A stretch of 64,000 bases of DNA, taken from assembly GCA_965541585.1 (NCBI GenBank), contig CBEUCH010000012.1, forward strand, positions 1 through 64,000, read 5' to 3'. Made by a program: the position numbers and the translations under genes. Position 1 is the first letter of the stretch. The number at the start of each line of letters is the position of its first letter. Below are positions 10,037 to 19,780 of this stretch, piece by piece. Source of the DNA: an uncultured bacterium (GTDB taxonomy: Bacteria; Zixibacteria; MSB-5A5; UBA10806). Under the pieces are notes generated by a model, which saw nothing but the letters and a program-made list of their open reading frames with translations, searched no databases and had not been told where the DNA came from.

Positions 10037-11497
10037 TTGAGACCGAAGATTAGATTTCTGGATGACGACCTGATCGAGAAGATAGTTTCCGAGGCTGTCG
10101 ACTTGATCTGCAATCTCGGCGTTGAAATAAATAACGATAAAGTCCTTTCCATACTGGGTGATCACGGAGCCAGGATCGACGGGGAGAAAAAGCGCGCCTA
10201 TTACAAGCAAGAGATGATTGATCAGAGCTTAAAAGCAGCACCAAAGTCGTTTAAGCTATATGATTCTCTCGGCAAAGAGGCAGTCAATCTATCGGGTTAT
10301 AATGTCAATTTTACACCGGGGTCGGCCGCAATCAATATTCTTGATGGGAAATCCGGCGAAATCAGGAGGCCGGTGACATCGGACTATCTTGCATACTCGA
10401 AACTTGTCAGCAGAATGAACAATCTTGCATCCCAGTCCACCGCCATGATCCCGTCGGACGTGCACGAGCTGATATCCGATAGTTACAGGCTGTATCTGAG
10501 TTTTATATTCTGTGAAAAGCCCGTTGTTACAGGCACCTTTACGATCGAAGCGTTTGAGATAATGAAGGATCTTCAGCTGGCAATTCGCGGTTCAAAGGAT
10601 AAACTGGCGGAAAAACCGTTAACCGTTTTCTCATGTTGCCCGACCGCTCCTATCAAGTGGAGCGATGTGACATCCCAGAATCTGCTGGATTGCGCAGAAT
10701 ATTCGATACCGGTCGAATACATCTCGATGCCTCTTTCCGGTTTTATGTCTCCCGTAACGCTCGTCGGGACTCTGGTACAACATACGGCGGAGACTTTGAG
10801 TGGCCTGGTCATAAGCCAGCTTGCCAATCCGGGAACACCGGTTTTATACGGGGGTTCGCCTGCTGTATTCGATATCAGGTATGAGACGACGCCTATGGGA
10901 GCGATAGGCACAATGATGATCGATTGCGCTGCCAACGAGATCGGAAAATACCTCGGCCTGCCGACTCAGGCTTACATAGGATTAAGCGACTCCAAGATGC
11001 TGGATGCCCAGGCCGGTCTGGAATCGTCCATGGGAGCAACTCTGGCGGCCCTCGCGGGCATAAATAACATTTCGGGACCCGGTATGCTTGATTTCGAAAG
11101 CTGTTTCAGCCTCGAAAAGCTGGTTGTCGATAACGAGATATGCGGTATGACGCTCCGAATGCTTAGAGGAATTGAACCGAAAGAAGATTTTCCGTCGCTG
11201 CCGATATTCAAGGAGCTGATGAAAGAACAGCACCTGCTTATCTCGGATCATACGAGACGATATCTCAAAGAGGAGATATATTTCCCCTCTCCGGTAATCG
11301 ATAGGGCAAACAGGTCCAGGTGGAAGGAGGAGGGAGGATTTACTCTGGGAGAGAGAGCGCGGAAAGAAGTGGGAAAACATATCGGGGAGTATGAACCGGT
11401 GGGGTTGAACGACGATATCATAAAAGAATTGACGAGATTGATGGGAATCGAGGCCCGCCGCGTGGGAATGGCAAAGCTGCCTGAAATATCTGGATGA
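10037..11497 (+). CDS. MttB-superfamily (non-pyrrolysine) corrinoid methyltransferase
   Basis: PVTLVGTLVQHTAETLSG...PGTPVLYGG and SDSKMLDAQAGLES motifs; no in-frame TAG; TTG start after AAGGAG. Confidence 0.9.
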   Translation: MRPKIRFLDDDLIEKIVSEAVDLICNLGVEINNDKVLSILGDHGARIDGEKKRAYYKQEMIDQSLKAAPKSFKLYDSLGKEAVNLSGYNVNFTPGSAAINILDGKSGEIRRPVTSDYLAYSKLVSRMNNLASQSTAMIPSDVHELISDSYRLYLSFIFCEKPVVTGTFTIEAFEIMKDLQLAIRGSKDKLAEKPLTVFSCCPTAPIKWSDVTSQNLLDCAEYSIPVEYISMPLSGFMSPVTLVGTLVQHTAETLSGLVISQLANPGTPVLYGGSPAVFDIRYETTPMGAIGTMMIDCAANEIGKYLGLPTQAYIGLSDSKMLDAQAGLESSMGATLAALAGINNISGPGMLDFESCFSLEKLVVDNEICGMTLRMLRGIEPKEDFPSLPIFKELMKEQHLLISDHTRRYLKEEIYFPSPVIDRANRSRWKEEGGFTLGERARKEVGKHIGEYEPVGLNDDIIKELTRLMGIEARRVGMAKLPEISG

Positions 11498-12216
11498 AAA
11501 AGGTGCTGAAATTTTCGGTTGAGAAGGTAACTCCGTCGGTGGAGGCCGTCCTCAAAGCTCAGGGAATATCCGATAGTTCTACTGTCGATGACCGAATACT
11601 CCGGCTGGCGGAAAAAGCTCTATCGGTATATGAAGAACGGGCAAAACCTGTCGGAATTATCGTGGATATCTCAAAGAGAGATTTCGAAGATGTATTTTAC
11701 GGGGAAGGCAACAACCAGAGTGAGGCTCCGCTCGGATCAATATGCAAATCATTGCAAGATTTGACACTCTTTGCCGTGACGATCGGGAATCAAATCTGTC
11801 GTGAGATTTCTGCTCTTTTCGGGGCCAATGATTTCGCGGCGGGATCGATGCTTGATTCTGCCGCCTCAGAGGGGGCGGAAAAGACGGCAGAGGCCCTGGA
11901 ATTATCTCACGGGCAGAGTTTATCGGGGAAGAATGGATATGATTCGTCGATGGGTATTATGAGATTCAGTCCCGGCTATTGTGGATGGCATGTAAGCGCT
12001 CAAAAAAAGATATTCAAAATCCTTCAGCCCGGGGAAATCGGGATTGAATTAAACGATAGTTGCCTGATGATACCCCTAAAATCGGTAAGCGGTGTCATAG
12101 TCACCGGCAAGAAGGAGACATTTGTTTTCGATGATATTTTTGATTTCTGTGCCGATTGCGATGATCGATCCTGTCAGGACAGGATAAAGACATTAATGGA
12201 ATCCAATTCATTTTGA
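11494..12216 (+). CDS. Stand-alone methionine synthase B12 activation-domain-like protein
   Basis: LFAVTIG, RFSPGYCGW and MIPLKSVSGVI motifs; C-terminal CxxCxxxxC. Confidence 0.85.
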   Translation: MKKVLKFSVEKVTPSVEAVLKAQGISDSSTVDDRILRLAEKALSVYEERAKPVGIIVDISKRDFEDVFYGEGNNQSEAPLGSICKSLQDLTLFAVTIGNQICREISALFGANDFAAGSMLDSAASEGAEKTAEALELSHGQSLSGKNGYDSSMGIMRFSPGYCGWHVSAQKKIFKILQPGEIGIELNDSCLMIPLKSVSGVIVTGKKETFVFDDIFDFCADCDDRSCQDRIKTLMESNSF

Positions 12217-12227
12217 GGTGATATATA

Positions 12228-12866
12228 ATGGACACACTACAGTTGTTGAATGAGCGTCTGCAAAAAGGTGATGTTGAAAAGGTAGAGGAGCTGACTAAAC
12301 AGGCGATAGCGGAAAATTGCGGAGCCAAGAAAATCCTCGATGATGGATTGATTGCCGGAATGTCCATCGTGGGCGAAAAATTCAAAGCCCACGAGATATT
12401 TCTTCCGGACGTGCTCCTGGCGGCAAAGGCTATGTATGCGGGGATGGATCTTCTGAAGCCGCTCCTGGTTAAAAACCATATTTCGATGATGGGTAAAGTA
12501 GTTATCGGTACGGTGCAGGGGGATCTGCATGATATCGGAAAGAGCCTTGTCGGTATAATGCTGAAGGGGGCGGGATTCGAGGTTATAGATCTCGGCAGAG
12601 ATGTTTCCCCTGAGAAATTCGTTAATACGGCAAAGGAATCGGGTGCGGACATTATCGGCATGTCAGCGCTCTTAACTACAACGATGCCGGTAATGAAAAA
12701 GGTGATAAATCTGGCAAAGGAGCAGAAAATACGTGAAAAGTTTAAGATAATTATCGGCGGCGCTCCACTATCGGATGATTACGCAAATGAAATCGGCGCG
12801 GATGCCTACTGTTACGACGGTATCAATACTGTCGACTGTGTAAAACGCCTTCTGGGAGTCAATTAG
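12228..12866 (+). CDS. Corrinoid (B12-binding) protein
   Basis: Cap domain plus GDLHDIGK, MSALLTTT and IIGGAP motifs. Confidence 0.93.
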   Translation: MDTLQLLNERLQKGDVEKVEELTKQAIAENCGAKKILDDGLIAGMSIVGEKFKAHEIFLPDVLLAAKAMYAGMDLLKPLLVKNHISMMGKVVIGTVQGDLHDIGKSLVGIMLKGAGFEVIDLGRDVSPEKFVNTAKESGADIIGMSALLTTTMPVMKKVINLAKEQKIREKFKIIIGGAPLSDDYANEIGADAYCYDGINTVDCVKRLLGVN

Positions 12867-12867
12867 A

Positions 12868-13755
12868 TTGCGCAATCCTCTCGATCGAATAAAGGATGGC
12901 GAGGTTCTGGTCGGCGACGGCGCCATGGGGACAATGCTCATGAGCGAAGGATTGAAAGCCGGTGAATGTCCGGAGATGATAAATATTGAGAAGCCTCAGA
13001 TCCTGGAAAAGATAGCCAGACTCTATCTTGAGGCCGGCGCCGATATTATTCAGACAAATACATTCGGAGGATCGCCGCTCAAGCTTGCACAGTATTCTCT
13101 CGAGGACAGATCGGATGAGATAAATACTGCCGCAGTCAATGCCGCTCGCCGCGGAGCGGGCGACCGAGCTTACATTTCAGCATCCTGCGGGCCGTGCGAC
13201 CGTCTGTTAAAACCATACGGTGATACGGATCCGGAGGAAATATACAGAGGCTTCGAAATACAGATTCGGGCTCTGGTTGCTGCGGGAATCGATATGATAT
13301 GCATCGAAACCATGACTGACCTCAATGAAGCCGTCCTGGCAGTAAAAGCGGCAAAATCGGTTTCGCAGACAATACCTGTAGCCGCGACGATGACATTTGA
13401 TCTCACGCCGAATGGATTTTTCACAATCATGGGAACCGGTATCGAACAGGCAGCGACAGGTCTTGCCGATGCGGGCGCCGATATCATCGGATCAAATTGC
13501 GGCAACGGGATCGAAAATATGATAAAGATCGCAGAGGAGTTCAAGAAAAGAACGTCATTGCCCGTGATGATCCAATCGAACGCCGGTCTGCCCGTTATGA
13601 AAGGCGAGAATACCGTATACCCCGAGACCCCCGAGTTTATGGCAGAAGGATGCGAGAAACTTCTGAAAATCGGCGTTAATATTATCGGAGGATGTTGCGG
13701 AACCGCGCCGGATCACATTGCCGCATTCAGAAAAGTAATCGATGATTTCAAATAA
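12868..13755 (+). CDS. Homocysteine S-methyltransferase domain protein
   Basis: DGAMGT, TNTFG, GSNC and GGCCGT Zn-binding motifs. Confidence 0.93.
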   Translation: MRNPLDRIKDGEVLVGDGAMGTMLMSEGLKAGECPEMINIEKPQILEKIARLYLEAGADIIQTNTFGGSPLKLAQYSLEDRSDEINTAAVNAARRGAGDRAYISASCGPCDRLLKPYGDTDPEEIYRGFEIQIRALVAAGIDMICIETMTDLNEAVLAVKAAKSVSQTIPVAATMTFDLTPNGFFTIMGTGIEQAATGLADAGADIIGSNCGNGIENMIKIAEEFKKRTSLPVMIQSNAGLPVMKGENTVYPETPEFMAEGCEKLLKIGVNIIGGCCGTAPDHIAAFRKVIDDFK

Positions 13756-13994
13756 TCCTGAGTGATCTGCCTTCAGTATTTGTAATACACTTTACGTAAA
13801 GTCAGTATAGCGTGTGGACGAGAATCTCTTTACTATCTGGAATTTCGCGCTTTGAGCCATGATATGCCTTGACCTTATCAAAAGCGCAGATAACGCTATT
13901 TACTTTCAGCCTCCGAAAAATATATATTATCCTTAAATAATATTTTTATGGGACAGGATAAGTCCCGTCCCCTGAGCAGGAGGAGTGTGATCAA

Positions 13995-15965
13995 ATGCCA
14001 GGCCAGAACCTGATCGAAAAAATCGCCGGGAAATTTGTTGTCGGGCTTGCCGAGGGACAGGTCGTCAGAAGCGGGGACTATATTTCCATAAAACCCGCTC
14101 ATGTCATGACCCACGACAACACCGGTGCAGTGATACCGAAGTTCAAATCGATCGGCGCCGCCGGGATCAACGATCCTCGCCAGCCGGTATACGCGCTTGA
14201 TCACGATATCCAGAACAAAGATCCGAAGAACCTGGATAAATACGCCAGAATAGAGGCTTTCGCTAAAGAGCACGGAGTCGATTTTTACCCCGCCGGACGC
14301 GGTATCGGCCATCAGATAATGTGCGAGGAGGGTTACGCCTGGCCCGGCACCATGGTAGTCGCCTCCGATTCCCACTCCAATATGTATGGCGGGCTGGGAT
14401 GTCTCGGAACGCCCATTGTCCGTACCGACGCCGCCGCCATCTGGGCTACCGGCCGTACCTGGTGGCAGGTGCCGCCCGTGGCAAAGGTCGAACTGAAAGG
14501 TAAGCTCAATCCGGGCGTCACCGGCAAGGATGTCATTATCGCTCTTTGCGGATTCTTCAACAACGATGAGGTTCTGAATCATGCTATAGAGTTTGCGGGC
14601 GACGGGATTGCCTCGCTGTCCATAGATCAGCGGCTGACAATCGCCAACATGACCACCGAATGGGGGGCGTTAGCCGGCGTATTTCCTTTCGATAATGTCA
14701 CAATCGAGTGGTTGAGGAAGAGGGCGGATTATATATCTCTTCGCGGACCTGCCGGCGTGCCTTCAGATGACGATGTGTCAAGCGGCCATCCGCGGATGAA
14801 CCATAAAAGAATAGATAAACTCGCAGAATCTACTCCGGTCGCCGATCCCGACGCTTTCTATGCCGGAGAACTAACTATCGCTTTAGGTTCTATCCAGCCG
14901 CACGTCTCCGGCCCCAATACGGTCAAGGATATGACTTCGATCGCCGAGATCGGCAAGAAGAATATCAAAATCGATAAAGCCTATCTCGTCTCCTGTGTCA
15001 ACAGCAGGGTGGAGGATCTGGCGCAAGCCGCTGAGGTAGTCCGTGGCAAGAAAGTCGCCGATGGTGTGGAATTTTATGTTGCCGCCGCCTCCAGCGAGGT
15101 ACAGGCCGAAAGCGAAAGACGAGGGGATTGGAAGGTATTACTCGATGCGGGAGCCAGACCATTGCCTCCCGGATGCGGTCCCTGTATTGGTCTCGGCACC
15201 GGGCTTTTGGAGGACGGCGAGGTTGGCATATCGGCTACCAACCGCAATTTCAAGGGGAGAATGGGTTCCAAAAACGCCGATGTATATCTGGCGTCGCCGG
15301 CGGTTGTGGCCGCCTCCGCTATCGCAGGTGAGTTGGCCGCCCCGGCTCAATTCGGCGATACGCCCCCGAGAGGCGAGATCCTAATAAACGAGAAGAAAGC
15401 TGTATCAACCGCCGAAGTTGAGATCCTCGATGGTTTCCCGGAAACTATAACCGGCGAGATTGTCTTTTGCCATCAGGACAATCTCAACACCGATGGTATA
15501 TTCCCCGGCAAGTATACCTATATCGACGATTTCACGCCGGAACAGCAGGCCGGGGTTGTCATGGAGAATTACGATCCCGAATTCGGCAAGCTGGTGGAGA
15601 AGGGTGATATACTTGTAGGCGGATATAATTTCGGTACCGGTAGCTCCCGGGAGCAGGCGGCTACCGCTCTGAAATACAGGGGCATCCGGATTGTGATCAG
15701 TGGTTCTTTTTCGGAGACATACAAACGAAACGCGTTAAACAACGGCTACCTGGTCATAGAATCGCCTGAGATTGTCGATGATCTGAAATCGTATTTCGGA
15801 AAGGACAGGTTGACCGTTAAAACCGGGGCGAAGGCAGTAGTTGATTTCAGAAAATCGTTGATATTCGCCGACGAAAGGTCCTTTCCGTTCAGCCCGGTAG
15901 GAGCCGCCGCCCAGGAGTTAGTAATCGTCGGTGGATTAGAAAACTGGGTGAAGGAGAATTTGTAG
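13995..15965 (+). CDS. lysF: Homoaconitase, single-chain fungal-type
   Basis: MTHDN, DSHSN, RTDAAAIWATGRTWWQVPP, SCVNSR and CGPCIG motifs; fused swivel domain GSSREQAA. Confidence 0.85.
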   Translation: MPGQNLIEKIAGKFVVGLAEGQVVRSGDYISIKPAHVMTHDNTGAVIPKFKSIGAAGINDPRQPVYALDHDIQNKDPKNLDKYARIEAFAKEHGVDFYPAGRGIGHQIMCEEGYAWPGTMVVASDSHSNMYGGLGCLGTPIVRTDAAAIWATGRTWWQVPPVAKVELKGKLNPGVTGKDVIIALCGFFNNDEVLNHAIEFAGDGIASLSIDQRLTIANMTTEWGALAGVFPFDNVTIEWLRKRADYISLRGPAGVPSDDDVSSGHPRMNHKRIDKLAESTPVADPDAFYAGELTIALGSIQPHVSGPNTVKDMTSIAEIGKKNIKIDKAYLVSCVNSRVEDLAQAAEVVRGKKVADGVEFYVAAASSEVQAESERRGDWKVLLDAGARPLPPGCGPCIGLGTGLLEDGEVGISATNRNFKGRMGSKNADVYLASPAVVAASAIAGELAAPAQFGDTPPRGEILINEKKAVSTAEVEILDGFPETITGEIVFCHQDNLNTDGIFPGKYTYIDDFTPEQQAGVVMENYDPEFGKLVEKGDILVGGYNFGTGSSREQAATALKYRGIRIVISGSFSETYKRNALNNGYLVIESPEIVDDLKSYFGKDRLTVKTGAKAVVDFRKSLIFADERSFPFSPVGAAAQELVIVGGLENWVKENL

Positions 15966-15996
15966 GTCGGGTTCCGAGCTTAGCGAGAAACCCGAC
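15962..15996 (+). repeat. GTAG-type REP-like hairpin
   Basis: GTAG-GTCGGGTT...AACCCGAC; contains the lysF stop codon. Confidence 0.7.
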
Positions 15997-16018
15997 GCCT
16001 TGTCTGGCAAGGCTGCTG

Positions 16019-17173
16019 ATGAGGAATGAAATTATGAAAATAAAAATGCTGATATATATTGTCTTAATTAATGTGATTATATGTTCCGTTTCTTTTGGCC
16101 TTCCACCATCATTAATAACCCTGAACAATATCGCGGATATCGTTAATTATCGTATAGGCGTCGATGATATTTATCTCGACGGAAATAACAATCTGGTCGG
16201 ATATTTCACAAATTATGATACCGTGCTGGTAATGAATATCTACCGTTTCCGAATCAATATCGATGGAGAAATAATAGAAGATCCGCATTCTATATATTCT
16301 GTAATGGGAAGATATGATGATTTCAAGGTCCGAAGTGAAAAGACAGGTCGTTCTCATCTTCTTGTAGGTATTTTCGGCGATACAAGTTGCGATTGGGACG
16401 CCTATTATACTGTGGATAGCTCGGGAAAGCATGTTGCTGAAATTGCATCAATACCCCCGGGCGATCTTTCCGTCAGCAATATTATGTCCGATTCGATATT
16501 TATCGCCGCGCGAATAGGCGATATGATGGGGTGCTGGCGGGAAATGGATGATGACTTTGGCGAGGAATATTTCCAGATATTCCGGAGAGCCCCCGAGGAT
16601 ACCAACACAAATTTGATAAATCTACCGATTATTAGTCCGGGATTTTATCCGACCGCTCTGCAAATCACATCCGAAAATAAAATTCTGGTGATTGCCGATG
16701 ATTCATGGCGAACCCGGTATAGTTATTATGGCAAGACGAAAGCTGAAACATTTTCCACCTTTATGATCGATCTGGATGATAAGACTATTATAAATTCTGA
16801 TTCCGGTAATATTATGGATCGAGCAAATTACATTATCCCGAATTTCAATGAGAGTATCTTTATCTATGGGCCATCGACAATATGGATAGGTGATTCCCTG
16901 CTGTATTATTTTCGGATGACACCGCTCGATTATTATAAGGATAATGTGAGTGATAAGCTTTGTATATTGATCTTCGATAAAAATGGCAATAATTTAAAAA
17001 CTGGCAAAGGAAAAATCGCTAAAATAATTTATAAGAATATTAATATGTTTGGGCCGACGGAAAACATTATTCCCTGGATCGAAAAATCGGGGCCCAAAAT
17101 AACGAAAGTAAAATTTGGGGTTATTTCTTTCAAAGATTTTCCCAATATATACATAGACCTCGGCGTTGAGTAG
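16019..17173 (+). CDS. AT-rich hypothetical exported protein
   Basis: 384-aa ORF with signal-like N-terminus; visibly more AT-rich than its neighbours. Confidence 0.7.
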   Translation: MRNEIMKIKMLIYIVLINVIICSVSFGLPPSLITLNNIADIVNYRIGVDDIYLDGNNNLVGYFTNYDTVLVMNIYRFRINIDGEIIEDPHSIYSVMGRYDDFKVRSEKTGRSHLLVGIFGDTSCDWDAYYTVDSSGKHVAEIASIPPGDLSVSNIMSDSIFIAARIGDMMGCWREMDDDFGEEYFQIFRRAPEDTNTNLINLPIISPGFYPTALQITSENKILVIADDSWRTRYSYYGKTKAETFSTFMIDLDDKTIINSDSGNIMDRANYIIPNFNESIFIYGPSTIWIGDSLLYYFRMTPLDYYKDNVSDKLCILIFDKNGNNLKTGKGKIAKIIYKNINMFGPTENIIPWIEKSGPKITKVKFGVISFKDFPNIYIDLGVE

Positions 17174-17284
17174 GTCGGATTTAAAATGAGCAAAGCAAAT
17201 GAGAAAGCTGCCGCCCGAGCCTCCATTACAATCCATTTCCTCCTTGCCTTCCGCGTAAAAAATGGCTAACTATAAATCGAAATC

Positions 17285-17353
17285 GTAGGGGCGTATTGCA
17301 ATACGCCCTCACAAAAAGACGAGAAAAATGTAGGTCGGGAGCTTGCTCCCGAC
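17285..17353 (+). repeat. Two GTAG-type REP-like hairpins
   Basis: GTAG-GGGCGTATTGCAATACGCCC and GTAG-GTCGGGAGCTTGCTCCCGAC. Confidence 0.75.
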
Positions 17354-17408
17354 AATGTTGCGGGCAGCAAGCTACCTGCCTGCAAAGGATAGAAAAGGAT
17401 CAAAACTA

Positions 17409-18776
17409 ATGCCAAAACCAATCTCCCAGACAATCTCAGAATTCGCGGTTAACTTAAAATACGAAGATCTGCCGGAAAACGTGGTCAACGAGGTCAAACG
17501 TTATCTCTATGACTCAATAGGCTGCGCCTACGGCGGCTACCACACGAATGACGTCAACATCCTGCGGGATATCTACAAGGGAATGGGCGGCAAGGAGGAG
17601 GCCACACTGATAGGTTTCGGGGATAAGATGCCGGCGGTTAACGCCACCCTGGTCAACTCCCTGATGATCCGCGCCCTCGATTTCAACGATATCTACTGGA
17701 AAGAGGACCCCTCGCACCCGTCGGATCTGATATCCGCCGCCCTGAACGTGGGGGAGATGGTCGGCGCATCGATGAAGGAAATTATCGTTGCCATTGCTCT
17801 GGCCTATGAGTTCGAGCAAAGGCTCTGCGAATTTGCCAAGCCCGGCGTCCGCGAGCGGAAATGGCATCATGCCACACTAACCCAGTTCGTATCGCCAATA
17901 GTGGCAGGCAAACTGCTGGGGCTGACTGTCGATCAGATGGTCAACGCTATCGGCATCAACGGTTCCCACAACCACACTATCGGCTGCCCCACCGCCGGCA
18001 AGCTGACTATGATGAAAAACACGGTCGATCCTATGGCCGTTCAGACCGGCGTATTTGCCGCCCTGATGGCACAGAAGGGATACACCGGCACCATCGAGGT
18101 TTTCGAGGGCAAAGAGGGATTCATGGACGTTTTCGGGCCGGACTGGGATATCGATAAGATGACCGGCGGCCTCGGCGACGATTACCGAATCCTGCAATGC
18201 AGCATGAAGGCATTTCCCACCGAGGCCCTGACTCATACTCATATCACCACCACGTTGAAAGTCGTCACCGGCAATGATATCAAGCATGATGATATCGAAT
18301 CAGTCACGGTAACTACAATCGCCCGCGCCTGCGATATTCTCTTCGATCCCCATAAATACCGCCCCGAATCGAGGGAGACGGCGGATCATTCGCTGCCATA
18401 TTGTATTGCCGCAGCTATAGTGGACAGACAAATCACCACCAACACCTTCTCCGAGGAGAAAATGAAAGACCCGCGTATCCGGGAGGTAATCGATAAGATA
18501 AAAGGGGATGCATCGGTTGAGTTCGAGAAGATGTTCCCGGCCAAACAGCCGTCGAAAGTGGTCGTGAAGACAAAGGACGGCAAGGAATATTCCGAATATT
18601 TGGAATATCCCAAGGGCGATCCGCGCGAGCCGATGACGACGGACGATCTCGATGCGAAATTCAATGCTCTCTCGGAGAAGCTATTATCTCCGGAACGGCA
18701 AAACGAGATCAGAAAGTTGATTTTTGAATGCGAAAATATCTCCGCCGTCGATTTCATGAATGGATTGATCGCATAG
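17409..18776 (+). CDS. prpD: MmgE/PrpD family dehydratase
   Basis: RALDFND, HPSD, TADHSLPY and YPKGDPREP motifs. Start at ATG 17409 after AAAGGA. Confidence 0.88.
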   Translation: MPKPISQTISEFAVNLKYEDLPENVVNEVKRYLYDSIGCAYGGYHTNDVNILRDIYKGMGGKEEATLIGFGDKMPAVNATLVNSLMIRALDFNDIYWKEDPSHPSDLISAALNVGEMVGASMKEIIVAIALAYEFEQRLCEFAKPGVRERKWHHATLTQFVSPIVAGKLLGLTVDQMVNAIGINGSHNHTIGCPTAGKLTMMKNTVDPMAVQTGVFAALMAQKGYTGTIEVFEGKEGFMDVFGPDWDIDKMTGGLGDDYRILQCSMKAFPTEALTHTHITTTLKVVTGNDIKHDDIESVTVTTIARACDILFDPHKYRPESRETADHSLPYCIAAAIVDRQITTNTFSEEKMKDPRIREVIDKIKGDASVEFEKMFPAKQPSKVVVKTKDGKEYSEYLEYPKGDPREPMTTDDLDAKFNALSEKLLSPERQNEIRKLIFECENISAVDFMNGLIA

Positions 18777-18792
18777 GGAAATCCATTTTAAG

Positions 18793-19536
18793 ATGCCCAG
18801 GAAAAAACTAAAACGATTCGCTGCCCTCTCGACTTTCGATAATGTGTATGAAGATCCGCTCGATTGGAGAGGCAGATGGAGCCGGGCATGTTTCGGCAAT
18901 GATAATCCCGTAACCCTGGAGCTCGCCTGTGGCAAGGGTGAATATACAATTGAGTTGGCCCGGAGATTTCCGGATAGGAATTTTATCGGTATCGATAGAA
19001 AAGGAGAGCGGATCTGGAGAGGCGCCAGTACAGCCCTCGAACAAAATCTCAAAAACGTGATCTTTTTGAGAACCGATATCGAAAAGATCATCGATCTGTT
19101 CGGCGAAAATGAAATATCTGAAATCTGGATAACATTTCCCGATCCTTATCCCGGGCAAAGCAAAGCCTCAAAACGCCTCACCTCACCCCGCCTCCTGAAT
19201 ATCTACAGAAATGCCCTGACGCTGGACGGCATCATACATTTAAAGACCGATGATACAGACTTATTCGATTATACTTTGAGGACTCTGGAAACCGAAGATT
19301 GTATTGTCCATAGCATCACTCGCGATCTTTACAAACGGCCTGTCTCGGATGAGCTTCTTGCTTTAAAAACAACCTACGAAAAAATGCATCTCGAAAAGGG
19401 GAAGACGATCAAGTATTTGTGTTTCGGGTTCAAGAAACGTCTGGTTGATGCCCGTAAATATGGAGACGGAAATCCCGGCAAAAGGATGGCTAATGACGCC
19501 CTTATCGACCGAGCCGGGCCGTCAAAAAAGAGGTAA
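18793..19536 (+). CDS. trmB: tRNA (guanine-N7)-methyltransferase
   Basis: LELACGKG, ITFPDP, LKTD and TTYE motifs. Confidence 0.92.
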   Translation: MPRKKLKRFAALSTFDNVYEDPLDWRGRWSRACFGNDNPVTLELACGKGEYTIELARRFPDRNFIGIDRKGERIWRGASTALEQNLKNVIFLRTDIEKIIDLFGENEISEIWITFPDPYPGQSKASKRLTSPRLLNIYRNALTLDGIIHLKTDDTDLFDYTLRTLETEDCIVHSITRDLYKRPVSDELLALKTTYEKMHLEKGKTIKYLCFGFKKRLVDARKYGDGNPGKRMANDALIDRAGPSKKR

Positions 19537-19714
19537 TAATCGCTTTTAACTCATTGAAGATTGGTCTGTTGTCGGAGAAGGCCGTATGAACGCTAATGGT
19601 AAAATTCTGCAAAATATTGCGATGATGTGGTTGTAGCTCATCAAAGATGATTGATGAATTTCGTTAATCGCTTGAAAGATAACACATTACAACATGAAAG
19701 ATAAATATCGGTTT

Positions 19715-19729
19715 TGGCATGGATTTTGA
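19715..19729 (+). promoter_or_regulatory. Possible sigma54 promoter upstream of the PEP-CTERM gene
   Basis: TGGCAT-GGATT-TTGA: correct GG-N10 spacing, but GA instead of GC at -12. Confidence 0.35.
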
Positions 19730-19780
19730 GAAAGTAAGCATGTGATATAGTATAATATTTTGGAAAGGTTTAGGAAAAAA

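Noticed and set aside
10037..11497. Pyrrolysine read-through in the MttB homologue
   Set aside because: The ORF is uninterrupted; the approximate Pyl position (before SDSK) is Leu
13896..14582. Long antisense ORFs (also 8149-8844, 38861-39436, 56430-57029, 57204-57806)
   Set aside because: Shadow or alternate-frame ORFs overlapping well-supported genes, with no recognisable motifs
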